Of a stretch of 51,782 nt of DNA, positions 29,277 through 37,744 are shown piece by piece (position 1 is the first letter of the stretch; every line of letters starts with the position of its first letter). The stretch is from a virus (lineage: Duplodnaviria > Caudoviricetes). A program made the translations under genes and the position numbers. The stretch spans positions 1 through 51,782 of IMG/VR virus record IMGVR_UViG_3300020472_000039; one strand, given 5' to 3'. The notes beneath the pieces were generated by a model that was given only the letters and a program-made list of their open reading frames with translations, ran no database searches and was not told the origin of the DNA.

Positions 29277-29840
29277 TTAGAATGGCAAATCATCCGCTTC
29301 TACCTCTTCTGAAGATAATTTATCTCCATCATCCCAAGGGTGAACATTTGTAACTTTTAAAGATGTTTTCTTTTCTCCATCTTTATTAGTAAAACTTGTT
29401 TCTCTTAATTCTATTAAACAAGGAAAACCAATTACATCTGATTCTTCTACTTCACCAAGAACTACATTTCCTTCTTTATCTGAAGGGAACTTTACATTTA
29501 TTCCTTCAAAGAATTCTTTGTATCTTTTGTTCTTCCAACCTTCTCCTTCTTTAGGACTAGGTGTTAACCATACACCTTTATCAACTCTGTATTCTCTACC
29601 TGTAACATATGCTGCACTAATAGTTTCACCTGTTGGTACATAATTATCATTGTTATCTTTAGTTAATTTAGGTACTTCTAGTTTATTTGCTTCATCAGCA
29701 ACACGAAAAGTTAAATTGAATACTTTACTTCCATTGTATTCACTAGATTCAAATTTACTAACGTGAGCTGGATAAGTTGCTTCAGCTACTGGTGTAAAAT
29801 CGTTATCTTTTTCGTTATATATTGCATCTACTTCTTTCAT
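29277..29840 (-). CDS. single-stranded DNA-binding protein (phage OB-fold, DUF669-like)
   Basis: acidic C-terminus ending DDLPF; near Sak. Confidence 0.75.
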   Translation of the reverse strand: MKEVDAIYNEKDNDFTPVAEATYPAHVSKFESSEYNGSKVFNLTFRVADEANKLEVPKLTKDNNDNYVPTGETISAAYVTGREYRVDKGVWLTPSPKEGEGWKNKRYKEFFEGINVKFPSDKEGNVVLGEVEESDVIGFPCLIELRETSFTNKDGEKKTSLKVTNVHPWDDGDKLSSEEVEADDLPF

Positions 29841-30106
29841 TTCATTTCCCCTTCTGTATGTTCAATGATTAGTTCATTTATTTTATGTTTAAGCTCAGTC
29901 ATCTTTTTAGAGTACTTTGCTCCTTTGAGTCCAGCGAAATATAACATAGGTGATACCCAAGTGTTATCTCCTGTTTTAATATATCTACGATTGACTCCTC
30001 TACCTGCACTTATTTCTCCATTATTTCTCATTTCTTCAAATTGCGAATTTGTTAAAATGCCTTTTTCTAATAAGTCCGTAGCTTGTTTTATTGTTAGTTT
30101 ACCCAT
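29837..30106 (-). CDS. hypothetical protein (start MGKLTIKQ)
   Basis: AAGGAGG RBS. Confidence 0.7.
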   Translation of the reverse strand: MGKLTIKQATDLLEKGILTNSQFEEMRNNGEISAGRGVNRRYIKTGDNTWVSPMLYFAGLKGAKYSKKMTELKHKINELIIEHTEGEMK

Positions 30107-30368
30107 TTGTTTCCTCCTTAGGTTCTTCAATACTATAAGACAAATAACTTTGATTAATATTTAAATTAATATAATTATTCCTAGCAAAGTCATCAGTTGT
30201 TTTCATAACAAATGTTAGCATTGGCTTTCCATGATATAGTTTAGTTCCTGTAAATACTGCATTACGAAACTCTTTACCATCATTTACTCCAATAGTATAA
30301 CTATTATTTGTCTGATATAGTTCATCTCTATAGTTTTCTTTTGGTTTATTTATTTCACTTAGTTTCAT
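30099..30368 (-). CDS. hypothetical protein
   Basis: ATGA overlap. Confidence 0.65.
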   Translation of the reverse strand: MKLSEINKPKENYRDELYQTNNSYTIGVNDGKEFRNAVFTGTKLYHGKPMLTFVMKTTDDFARNNYINLNINQSYLSYSIEEPKEETNG

Positions 30369-30976
30369 TTAGCCGCTCTCTTTTCATCAAGTTCGTCTAT
30401 AGCTTTCTTTACTTTATCCGCTTTACGCTTCAATTTATTAAAAGCCGCTTTATAGTTAGCATCGTTAATTGTTTCATCACCGATTTGTTCAACTATCATA
30501 GCCTCAAACTCTTTATCGCCAATAATAGCAAGTAAATCTAACATTGATTTGTATTGCTCTTTATTTAACGCATCTGGAGCTTGTGGTAAATCTTCACCAG
30601 CATAGATATATAAACCTAATCCATGTAATGCTATGGCTTTTGCTAAACAACGTTGTATTGATGTATTTATTTGAAAAGCATTAGGTTCATCTACAGTTTT
30701 ATTCATATGGTCTAATACTGGATGTACTTGTGTTCTTTTTACTGAGTCTATATCTACTGTTACTTGTACAAATGCTCCAGCTGGTGTTTGCATATAAGGT
30801 TGATTTGTAAAACCATTACCCAAACCATCATCATATTCATGAACTATCCAAGTTGCTTCTGGAAAATGTTCTAGTAATGTTCTTACTGCCCATGCCCAAG
30901 AAAGATATGTAAATTTACCTTTCTTTTCTGTATGCTCACTTACATCTATTTTACTTAATACATTAAACGCACTCAT
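30365..30976 (-). CDS. Sak-type single-strand annealing protein (DUF1071, Rad52-like)
   Basis: YLSWAWA and INTSIQRCLAKAIALHGLGLYIYAGED motifs. Confidence 0.9.
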   Translation of the reverse strand: MSAFNVLSKIDVSEHTEKKGKFTYLSWAWAVRTLLEHFPEATWIVHEYDDGLGNGFTNQPYMQTPAGAFVQVTVDIDSVKRTQVHPVLDHMNKTVDEPNAFQINTSIQRCLAKAIALHGLGLYIYAGEDLPQAPDALNKEQYKSMLDLLAIIGDKEFEAMIVEQIGDETINDANYKAAFNKLKRKADKVKKAIDELDEKRAAK

Positions 30977-31208
30977 TTAAATCCCCCCATTTATCATACA
31001 AATTGTCAAAGTTACTCATAATTTGTTTCCAAGTATCTTTGTCTATACTAGCACTATTTCTAGCTTCAGAACTAAACATATTATGTTGTCCATCTTGTCT
31101 AACTTCAAGAAATGCTATCCATTCATCTTTGTATATTTTGTTTATTGGATTATTATTTTTTCCGTCTCCAACTATTGCATAATTATCTTCATTTGTAATT
31201 TTTAACAT
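30963..31208 (-). CDS. hypothetical protein (DUF5049-like)
   Basis: VRQDGQHNMF motif. Confidence 0.55.
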   Translation of the reverse strand: MLKITNEDNYAIVGDGKNNNPINKIYKDEWIAFLEVRQDGQHNMFSSEARNSASIDKDTWKQIMSNFDNLYDKWGDLNECV

Positions 31209-31825
31209 ATTCTAAATCCTCCTGATTGTCTACAAAATTTTGAAAATTGTATTAGATTTTCTTTATCGAAAGGGTATCTTCCAGCCCAATCTTCTTTGTC
31301 ATTTAGTTTATCCCAAAGTTTTCTAAAATCTTCTGGATAATCCATAGGTGCTATATCTTTTTTACCAGTAGCTTTACGAACAATTTCTCGTAATTCTTCC
31401 TTTTCTTTAGATATTGCTTCATTAATTATTCTTGCTTTTTCAACTCCAGCCATTATTTCTTTTTCAATAGTATCAACTGTTCCGTCTTTTATTAATACAT
31501 CTAATAAATCAGCCATAGCTAATGCTTTCTCTTCTGAAATCAAATGATTATCATTAAATGAACCACCAGCCATATCTTCTTCAGTTAATACATCTTCACA
31601 AGCATTACAAACAAAATTCCACATTTGTCTCCACCACCAAACATTATTTCTAAAATAATCACCTGGATTAGTTTCTCTTAACTGTTTTTGTAATTCAAAA
31701 TATTCTTCTTTCTGTTCATCAGTTATTTTATCATCTTCCCACAATCTATCTAATTCTTCTCTTCTGTTTAAATCATCTTCCATTGCGTTATTCTTAGGGT
31801 TTTCACCATATAAATCAAATCCCAT
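31202..31825 (-). CDS. conserved phage hypothetical protein
   Basis: MGFDLYG, YFRNNVWWWR and SGGFRIC motifs; GGAGG RBS. Confidence 0.75.
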   Translation of the reverse strand: MGFDLYGENPKNNAMEDDLNRREELDRLWEDDKITDEQKEEYFELQKQLRETNPGDYFRNNVWWWRQMWNFVCNACEDVLTEEDMAGGSFNDNHLISEEKALAMADLLDVLIKDGTVDTIEKEIMAGVEKARIINEAISKEKEELREIVRKATGKKDIAPMDYPEDFRKLWDKLNDKEDWAGRYPFDKENLIQFSKFCRQSGGFRIC

Positions 31826-31826
31826 C

Positions 31827-32051
31827 TTATTCTCCTCCGTATCTCTTTTTAAATCGTTTAATTTTAGCTATTATATCTTCAGCTACTGTTGCATCTTTGT
31901 TACTAAACATAAGTCTTATTCTCGTTGGGAGCACCACATCAGAATTACACACACTACAACACTTTCCATTATTAATAGGCTCAGCATTATGTCCGTATGG
32001 GTCATCATGTTCTCCTTCACATATACTACATTTTAGTTTTTTATCTTTCAT
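31827..32051 (-). CDS. small Zn-finger protein
   Basis: CSIC...GHNAEP...CCSVCN. Confidence 0.7.
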   Translation of the reverse strand: MKDKKLKCSICEGEHDDPYGHNAEPINNGKCCSVCNSDVVLPTRIRLMFSNKDATVAEDIIAKIKRFKKRYGGE

Positions 32052-32075
32052 CTAAGTTCCTCCGTATTATATAGT

Positions 32076-32804
32076 TTAGACACTATATAGACCAGGACAA
32101 TGTTTGCCCTGAAATTCACAATATTTGCATTCCCAATTATATACAGGAACATTCATAGTTCCAGGTTTTAACTGTTCAGGCTCATTATCTATTTTCTCTT
32201 GCACTTCATTAAGTTCAGTCCAGTAGTCAAATGCTTCTTCTATGTAAAGATTAGATATATTTTCTTCTCTCATCATAGAGCTATCTTTATTATACCACAT
32301 TATAGATAAGTTTACATCAGTAATATCATGTTCATTACCTAAACCCATTCCATAAGTAGCTAATTGTAATTCATAGTTAACTGAAGGATTCTTGTCTGGA
32401 TTTCTACCAAACTTCATTCTCCATTTCCATGCTCCTGCAGTCTTAATATCATAGACGTGTATCTTGTCTGTTTGTTTGTTTACAACTCCTACATCCAGAT
32501 GACCTACTACATTAAGCTCAGGTATCTCTATTCGGTGTTCTGTAACAACTTCTAAACCTTTCTCTTTATACTTGTCTAGTGATTTTTCAAAGTCTGCATG
32601 TACTAGAGTTCCAAGTCTTAATAATCTATTAGATTTTTCATCCATTGGTTCTAGTGGTAAATCTTGTGTTCTGTGCAATTGCTTTCTAAAACAACTACCA
32701 GCTGCACTAGCTGAAAACCAACCACGATGTTTAGAGTATTTTTCTCTATTTTCATGGCGTAGTTTTTCTAAGTAATCGTTATATATTTTTGGTATATCTA
32801 TCAT
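32076..32804 (-). CDS. Cas4/RecB-like PD-(D/E)XK exonuclease
   Basis: SAAGSCFRK, GTLVH, GHLD, YDIKT, QLATY, CKYCEF...C. Confidence 0.85.
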   Translation of the reverse strand: MIDIPKIYNDYLEKLRHENREKYSKHRGWFSASAAGSCFRKQLHRTQDLPLEPMDEKSNRLLRLGTLVHADFEKSLDKYKEKGLEVVTEHRIEIPELNVVGHLDVGVVNKQTDKIHVYDIKTAGAWKWRMKFGRNPDKNPSVNYELQLATYGMGLGNEHDITDVNLSIMWYNKDSSMMREENISNLYIEEAFDYWTELNEVQEKIDNEPEQLKPGTMNVPVYNWECKYCEFQGKHCPGLYSV

Positions 32805-32820
32805 TGATTCCTCCGTCTAC

Positions 32821-32849
32821 AATATAAACATATTTCAGGTTAAATACAA
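32821..32849 (-). promoter_or_regulatory. sigma70-type promoter for the recombination/replication operon
   Basis: minus-strand TTGTAT-17 bp-TATATT just upstream of the GGAGG RBS. Confidence 0.6.
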
Positions 32850-32947
32850 CACCTATTCAGGCTATCGGGACATTTTTGATAATATTAATACAAGAAAATA
32901 TTACTAAATCGAATGAATAGACGACATCCTAGTCCCGTGCCTAATTA

Positions 32948-33214
32948 TTATACTAATCTTCTATAATCATAAAATAACTGATTATTGTTTTGAGTATCTT
33001 CTAATACATATTTACCAAAATTTGCTTCTTTATGTTGAACTCTTCTCATATCTATATCAAAGCCTTCAGTATGTCTAAGTCTATGTATTATTGAACTTAG
33101 CCTAGTTACACGATATAATTCAAATGCATCAAGGCTAGTGATATTACCATATTTTCTTAAGTGTTTTAATATCTTAACTGTCTGAGTATCTTTACCATAT
33201 CTAAATCTTAACAT
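32948..33214 (-). CDS. helix-turn-helix DNA-binding protein
   Basis: ILKHL...ITSLDAF...RLSSIIHRLR..G.DI winged-HTH pattern. Confidence 0.8.
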   Translation of the reverse strand: MLRFRYGKDTQTVKILKHLRKYGNITSLDAFELYRVTRLSSIIHRLRHTEGFDIDMRRVQHKEANFGKYVLEDTQNNNQLFYDYRRLV

Positions 33215-33215
33215 A

Positions 33216-33449
33216 TTAATCTCCTTTATATAATTTTATGTTAATTCTCCAATTAAATAAATCTTTAATCTTGTAATACCATCTTACCAAAGGATGTGAT
33301 AAGCGATAACTTGCAAATGCATTAACAATATGACCTGCTTTAGGTTCATAGTTATAAAATTCCCATTCATCTCCTGTTGACATTGGTTCTATTCTATATT
33401 GATTGAATTTATCAACTATATTTAATAATCTTTTTCTTGATTCATTCAT
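33216..33449 (-). CDS. hypothetical protein
   Basis: ATGA overlap. Confidence 0.6.
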   Translation of the reverse strand: MNESRKRLLNIVDKFNQYRIEPMSTGDEWEFYNYEPKAGHIVNAFASYRLSHPLVRWYYKIKDLFNWRINIKLYKGD

Positions 33450-34009
33450 GATTCTTCTTCCTCTTCTTCTTTCTTTTTCATTTGTGATAAGTATTTCATT
33501 TTACTTCTACCTTTAAGAACAGTTCTAGTTTTCCAGTCATTTGCTTCTAAATACTTAATATGCTCTTTATAATCTTTAACAACTTGATAGTTTATATCAG
33601 AACTATTGTCAAAGTTACTTAATAAGTCTGGACTAAGCCTACTATATTTACTTCTGATTATATATCTTTTTCTAGCTTCTATAATCTTTCGTTTCTTTTC
33701 ATCGGCTTCATCATATTCTTGTTGCCATTTAACTAATAAAATACACTCTTCCATATATTTATATTTAATTTTAAATCTCTTTAAATCTCTATAATGTTTA
33801 GGGTCGTGTTTAAATTCTCTATCTGATGTTTCAATAGTATAACTTTTAACTTGTTCTATTGATTTAGCTTTAGCTTCTTTGAATCCATCTCTATTTTTAA
33901 GATATAGTCTTTGATAATGTTTAAAACATAATTTAAGTCTTTTATGATATCTATATCTCTTACAACCTGAATGCATACAATAGTATTTCTTCCAATTTTT
34001 CTTCTTCAT
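33446..34009 (-). CDS. basic hypothetical protein with N-terminal C-x4-C...C-x2-H
   Basis: Lys/Arg-rich ORF. Confidence 0.6.
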   Translation of the reverse strand: MKKKNWKKYYCMHSGCKRYRYHKRLKLCFKHYQRLYLKNRDGFKEAKAKSIEQVKSYTIETSDREFKHDPKHYRDLKRFKIKYKYMEECILLVKWQQEYDEADEKKRKIIEARKRYIIRSKYSRLSPDLLSNFDNSSDINYQVVKDYKEHIKYLEANDWKTRTVLKGRSKMKYLSQMKKKEEEEEES

Positions 34010-34245
34010 CTGTTTCTCTTTACATCTTTATAAATGCTCTCCCAATCATGATGTCCACAATTTTCACAAACTGTTACACCTGCGTTAGCACACTTATGAC
34101 ATATTTCGCCACTAGTAACTAACTCATGCCATATATTTTCAGTTATCTGTATATTCGCACCAGTCTTCTCACCATAATAAGCACCAATATAGTATGCTAA
34201 TAATGATGAAAGTATTGCTATAAGTATTACATATTCAATATTCAT
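34006..34245 (-). CDS. membrane-anchored small Cys-rich protein
   Basis: N-terminal TM; CHKC...CENC. Confidence 0.65.
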   Translation of the reverse strand: MNIEYVILIAILSSLLAYYIGAYYGEKTGANIQITENIWHELVTSGEICHKCANAGVTVCENCGHHDWESIYKDVKRNR

Positions 34246-34282
34246 CTTTGCCTCTTTTCTATTTATTTATTTATTAAATTTT

Positions 34283-35075
34283 AATATATCTTGAGATTAT
34301 AGATATATTCGTTAGTTCTTTGAGATGCGTACGGCTTATATTCCTTACATCTATTATCCACAAAGATTTCTCCGTGTAAACTAACATTCCCAATAGGTAT
34401 TGCCTATCACTCTTTCTCTTAGGTTGTTTAAACGACTACTTATTCAAATGTAAAAGTGCCCTTCTACGAATCAATTTTCATCATTTGTATAGCGACTTGA
34501 GGTCATCTATACCCTGTCGTATTTCAGACAGGACAAGGGAACTATGCTCCCAAGAGTTTAAAGATTCTTTTCCTTTGTTATCTAATATAACTAATAATGC
34601 ACAAGTGCACTATTCTATGCTTAGTGTAACAATGTAGCAATTAGTGTATCCACTTTAAATTATATACCTTAATACCTTTTGAGTACTAAATAGTATAAGA
34701 TACCCTTATGCTTCTAGCAAGAACTAGATTTACATGGTCTTGGTAACTATCATCTAACACTTTCGTATTAGCTAGACATATACCGACTAATAATAACAAC
34801 CTTGCTCTTAACAATTATGTCATTATCTATGGATTCTCCTGTTGATGTCACCATCTCACTCAATATTGCTGTACTGAGATATTATCCTACTACTCGCCTA
34901 AAAGGACTTAAGTGATAGTTTAATATGTACTCCACATGCATACTCAAACACCAAAGTATATTGATGTCGCTTTATTTACATTGTTTATAAATAAAACTTT
35001 ATCTATGTTTCCATAGTTTATCTAACGACTATATGCAGCCGACTCTTATGTATCGTAGAGTAAACGAATTCTTTG
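34283..35075 (-). ncRNA. large structured ncRNA, GOLLD-like (boundaries approximate)
   Basis: ~800 nt without ORFs; many hairpins including GAAA tetraloops on the minus strand; terminal stem with UAAUCUCA loop. Confidence 0.55.
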
Positions 35076-35273
35076 GGAGAGGTACTAACGGTTTAAAGAA
35101 CCCCTCCCGCAATTACACTATATCAATTTCATCATTGTGTAGTTAAATACATTGGTAGTCTTGCATACCTTCAACACTAGAAAGATTTTCATGTATAATT
35201 CTATAAAATTAGGGCGCCTTTAAGTATATTACTACGTATACTAACTGATTAGGTAAAGAGGCAAAGCACCCTA

Positions 35274-35480
35274 TTAATTATTAATACTATATAATGCCCT
35301 CTTAATCATTATATCATCAAGCTCATCAATAAGCTTCTTTAATTCTTGTTCTGATACTTCACTACGTATTAATATCAATTCATCTATATTTGATAATTGC
35401 TTACCATGTACATCTAGATAACATTGTTTATACGTTAAAAATAATTCATCTCTTCTACTAAAAGTCATATCTTGTAACAT
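35274..35480 (-). CDS. hypothetical early protein
   Basis: GAGG RBS. Confidence 0.6.
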   Translation of the reverse strand: MLQDMTFSRRDELFLTYKQCYLDVHGKQLSNIDELILIRSEVSEQELKKLIDELDDIMIKRALYSINN

Positions 35481-35522
35481 TTGTATACCTCTTTTCTTAG
35501 TTTTAATAGTATCTAAGGGACA

Positions 35523-35672
35523 CTAATCTAGCGCCCCTTTAAAGAACTTACATACATATAAGAATAACTCTATCAAATCATATATCTTTACAGGCTTACC
35601 TGTATCAATAATGACTAGATAGCGACCTTTCTCATCACTATGTAGTTCAGATGCAATATGTATATATCGCAT
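35523..35672 (-). CDS. 49-aa early protein (MRYIHIASEL...), not in the ORF track
   Basis: perfect AAAGGAGGTGAT RBS. Confidence 0.65.
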   Translation of the reverse strand: MRYIHIASELHSDEKGRYLVIIDTGKPVKIYDLIELFLYVCKFFKGALD

Positions 35673-35960
35673 GTATATCACCTCCTTTCTTATCTTTATC
35701 TATAAGGAAATGATATTTAAATTCTTTGGGTATATTTCAAGAGATGTTGTGTCTCTTTTCTTTCTTCTCCGTATATACCCTTAACGTGATAATATTTATT
35801 TTAGATTTTAATAGCTACTACTACTATTAATTCTTATATCTAGTTTATCCCCATGTTATACACATATTACTATATAATAGGGTAATGTATGTCTATACAA
35901 GTCTAATTAAACTATATTCACACTATTTGCCATGTTTATAACAATAATAGTAGAATAATG

Positions 35961-35993
35961 AGAGAAAAGGGACAACCTAGCGTCATCCCTTTA
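35961..35993 (-). terminator. intrinsic terminator
   Basis: GGGATGAC-GCTAG-GTTGTCCC then TTTT immediately after the 35999..36286 stop. Confidence 0.7.
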
Positions 35994-35998
35994 ATCAA

Positions 35999-36286
35999 CT
36001 ACTTGGTTACGGCTTCTGCTGCATCTACCTGTTTAGCTAAATTAGCTACATTAGGTCCCATACTAGCAAATAACGTATCCATCACATTGACACCGGTTCC
36101 AAAACCTTCGATGTTCCACTCTCTACCCTTCTCGATAATCTGACCAAGGGCATACCATAATTTGTTAGGAGATAGACCATACTTACTACTAGCATCTTTC
36201 TCTAACTTAATTAAGGTGAGTTGGACTCCAATGTTGAATAAGGCTTGCTTATCCATAGATTCCTCCAATCGTTTAATTAAACTCAA
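35999..36286 (-). CDS. first gene of the early arm, hypothetical (start may be the internal ATG of MDKQAL)
   Basis: ORF with its own terminator; GGAGG precedes the internal ATG. Confidence 0.65.
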   Translation of the reverse strand: MSLIKRLEESMDKQALFNIGVQLTLIKLEKDASSKYGLSPNKLWYALGQIIEKGREWNIEGFGTGVNVMDTLFASMGPNVANLAKQVDAAEAVTK

Positions 36287-36368
36287 CTAAATTTTCTTAG
36301 TATAAAAACCCCAACAAAGGGGTACCCCCCCTCTATATAGGTGCATATCAAAATGCTACAATTTTTTG

Positions 36369-36397
36369 TTGCAAATAACATGGGGTATGATTAGATT
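36369..36397 (+). promoter_or_regulatory. sigma70-type promoter at the start of the late arm
   Basis: TTGCAA-17 bp-TAGATT before the AAGGAG RBS. Confidence 0.55.
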
Positions 36398-36418
36398 AGT
36401 CTAAACAAAGGAGCATTT

Positions 36419-36622
36419 ATGTCTAGAATTACAAGTGATGATTTAAGTGGCAACCAGGCATTAACTGGAGTAGCACGTAAAGAAAAAGAAGAGAAAGAAC
36501 GTCTACAACAGCAAATGGAAGAACGCTTATTAGAAAACGCAATAGAGCACATTAGAAAAGAGCAGATTAAAGCTAAAGATTTAAAGAAAAAGAAAGAACC
36601 AAAGAAAAAGAAATCTACATAA
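36419..36622 (+). CDS. small charged hypothetical protein
   Basis: AAGGAG RBS. Confidence 0.7.
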   Translation: MSRITSDDLSGNQALTGVARKEKEEKERLQQQMEERLLENAIEHIRKEQIKAKDLKKKKEPKKKKST

Positions 36623-36659
36623 TCTACTATTATCTATAAGTAGCTGCTAGTAGCTATCT

Positions 36660-36688
36660 AAGATAAAGTGTTTTATTAGGTTAGTCAA
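36660..36688 (-). promoter_or_regulatory. leftward sigma70-type promoter
   Basis: minus-strand TTGACT-17 bp-TATCTT. Confidence 0.55.
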
Positions 36689-36699
36689 GGAAAAAATGT

Positions 36700-36975
36700 A
36701 TGGGTACATCAATTAATTGGTTAAGTAAACTTCCTCAAGAGGACCAAGAGCGTATTTTAGGTCAAATTGAGAAACTAGTTAAACTAGAGCGCATCTTAAC
36801 TAAAGAACTAGAAGACGAAGAGCATATAATGACGGTTATAGACGATGAAGCCGATGCTGCCGAGGGAACAAATAGTGTACCTATAGAAATCAATGGAATA
36901 AAACATTGGGTTCACAAGGATGTTATGTATTTGATTGAGTCCTTGCATAAACAATTAGCAAAACGTGGAAAGTAA
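36700..36975 (+). CDS. hypothetical protein
   Basis: ORF overlapping the next gene. Confidence 0.7.
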   Translation: MGTSINWLSKLPQEDQERILGQIEKLVKLERILTKELEDEEHIMTVIDDEADAAEGTNSVPIEINGIKHWVHKDVMYLIESLHKQLAKRGK

Positions 36976-37744
36976 AAAAATTAGAAATAAAAGACATTAC
37001 GTCTATGATACAAAAGAGGAGTTTATGAAGGACCATCCCAAAGGGATACTTCACTCCGAATGGAGAGATGCAAAGGAGGGAGATTGGGTTTTGAGTGATG
37101 ATAAACGTATTGTTCAACTTCTTAAAGTGTCTGATAAACTTAGTCATCCAAAAGATTCTAAAAACTATAAACAATCTAAAGGGTATGTAAGAACTATAGT
37201 TGGAACATTTATCAATGCTAAGAAAACTAATATGGATACGGACTTTGAGAAACACCCGAATCGTTACACATTTAGCACCAAAATCAAGAATACTTCCTCT
37301 AGGGTAAAGGAGAGGTCGAATTGTACAAACAGAGAAAAAATTTTCGCCACGAGCGTGGCAGTAGGAAAAGATGCAGTAAGTGCATATATGAAAGCATTTT
37401 CAGAAGCAAACAAAGGTAAGGCTAGAAAAAAAGCAGTAGTCTTACTTAAACAGGAGAGAGTAATGAGCGAAATTGAAAAAACTTCAAAAGAAATCGCTAA
37501 ACAGCTAGGAATTGACCATGCATATATATTAGGTTCCCTAAAGCAGTTAGCAGATACAAGTGAAGACCAAAATATAGCATTGCAGTCCTTAAAGGAATTA
37601 GGGAAAGCAATTGGTACATTAGGTAATCAAGTTAAAAGAATAGAAACTGGAGTCGTAGGAATGTTCCAAGGGTTTAGTCCTGATGAAATAGAAGGAGCCT
37701 CAAGAGCTATACTTCCAGAAACAACATCCAAGGAGGATAAATGA
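36965..37744 (+). CDS. probable terminase small subunit
   Basis: C-terminal AY.KAF...A..LLK...V..EI...LKELGK pattern; upstream of TerL. Confidence 0.55.
   Translation: MESKKIRNKRHYVYDTKEEFMKDHPKGILHSEWRDAKEGDWVLSDDKRIVQLLKVSDKLSHPKDSKNYKQSKGYVRTIVGTFINAKKTNMDTDFEKHPNRYTFSTKIKNTSSRVKERSNCTNREKIFATSVAVGKDAVSAYMKAFSEANKGKARKKAVVLLKQERVMSEIEKTSKEIAKQLGIDHAYILGSLKQLADTSEDQNIALQSLKELGKAIGTLGNQVKRIETGVVGMFQGFSPDEIEGASRAILPETTSKEDK

Noticed and set aside
32076-32804. Cas4-like gene as part of a CRISPR system
   Set aside because: No repeat-spacer array or other cas genes; context is a phage recombination module
34354-34362. Perfect DnaA box TTATCCACA
   Set aside because: Single copy inside the structured RNA candidate; better read as part of that RNA
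34250-35270. tRNA cluster or group I/II intron
   Set aside because: No tRNA cloverleaf with T-loop seen, no interrupted gene and no intron-encoded ORF
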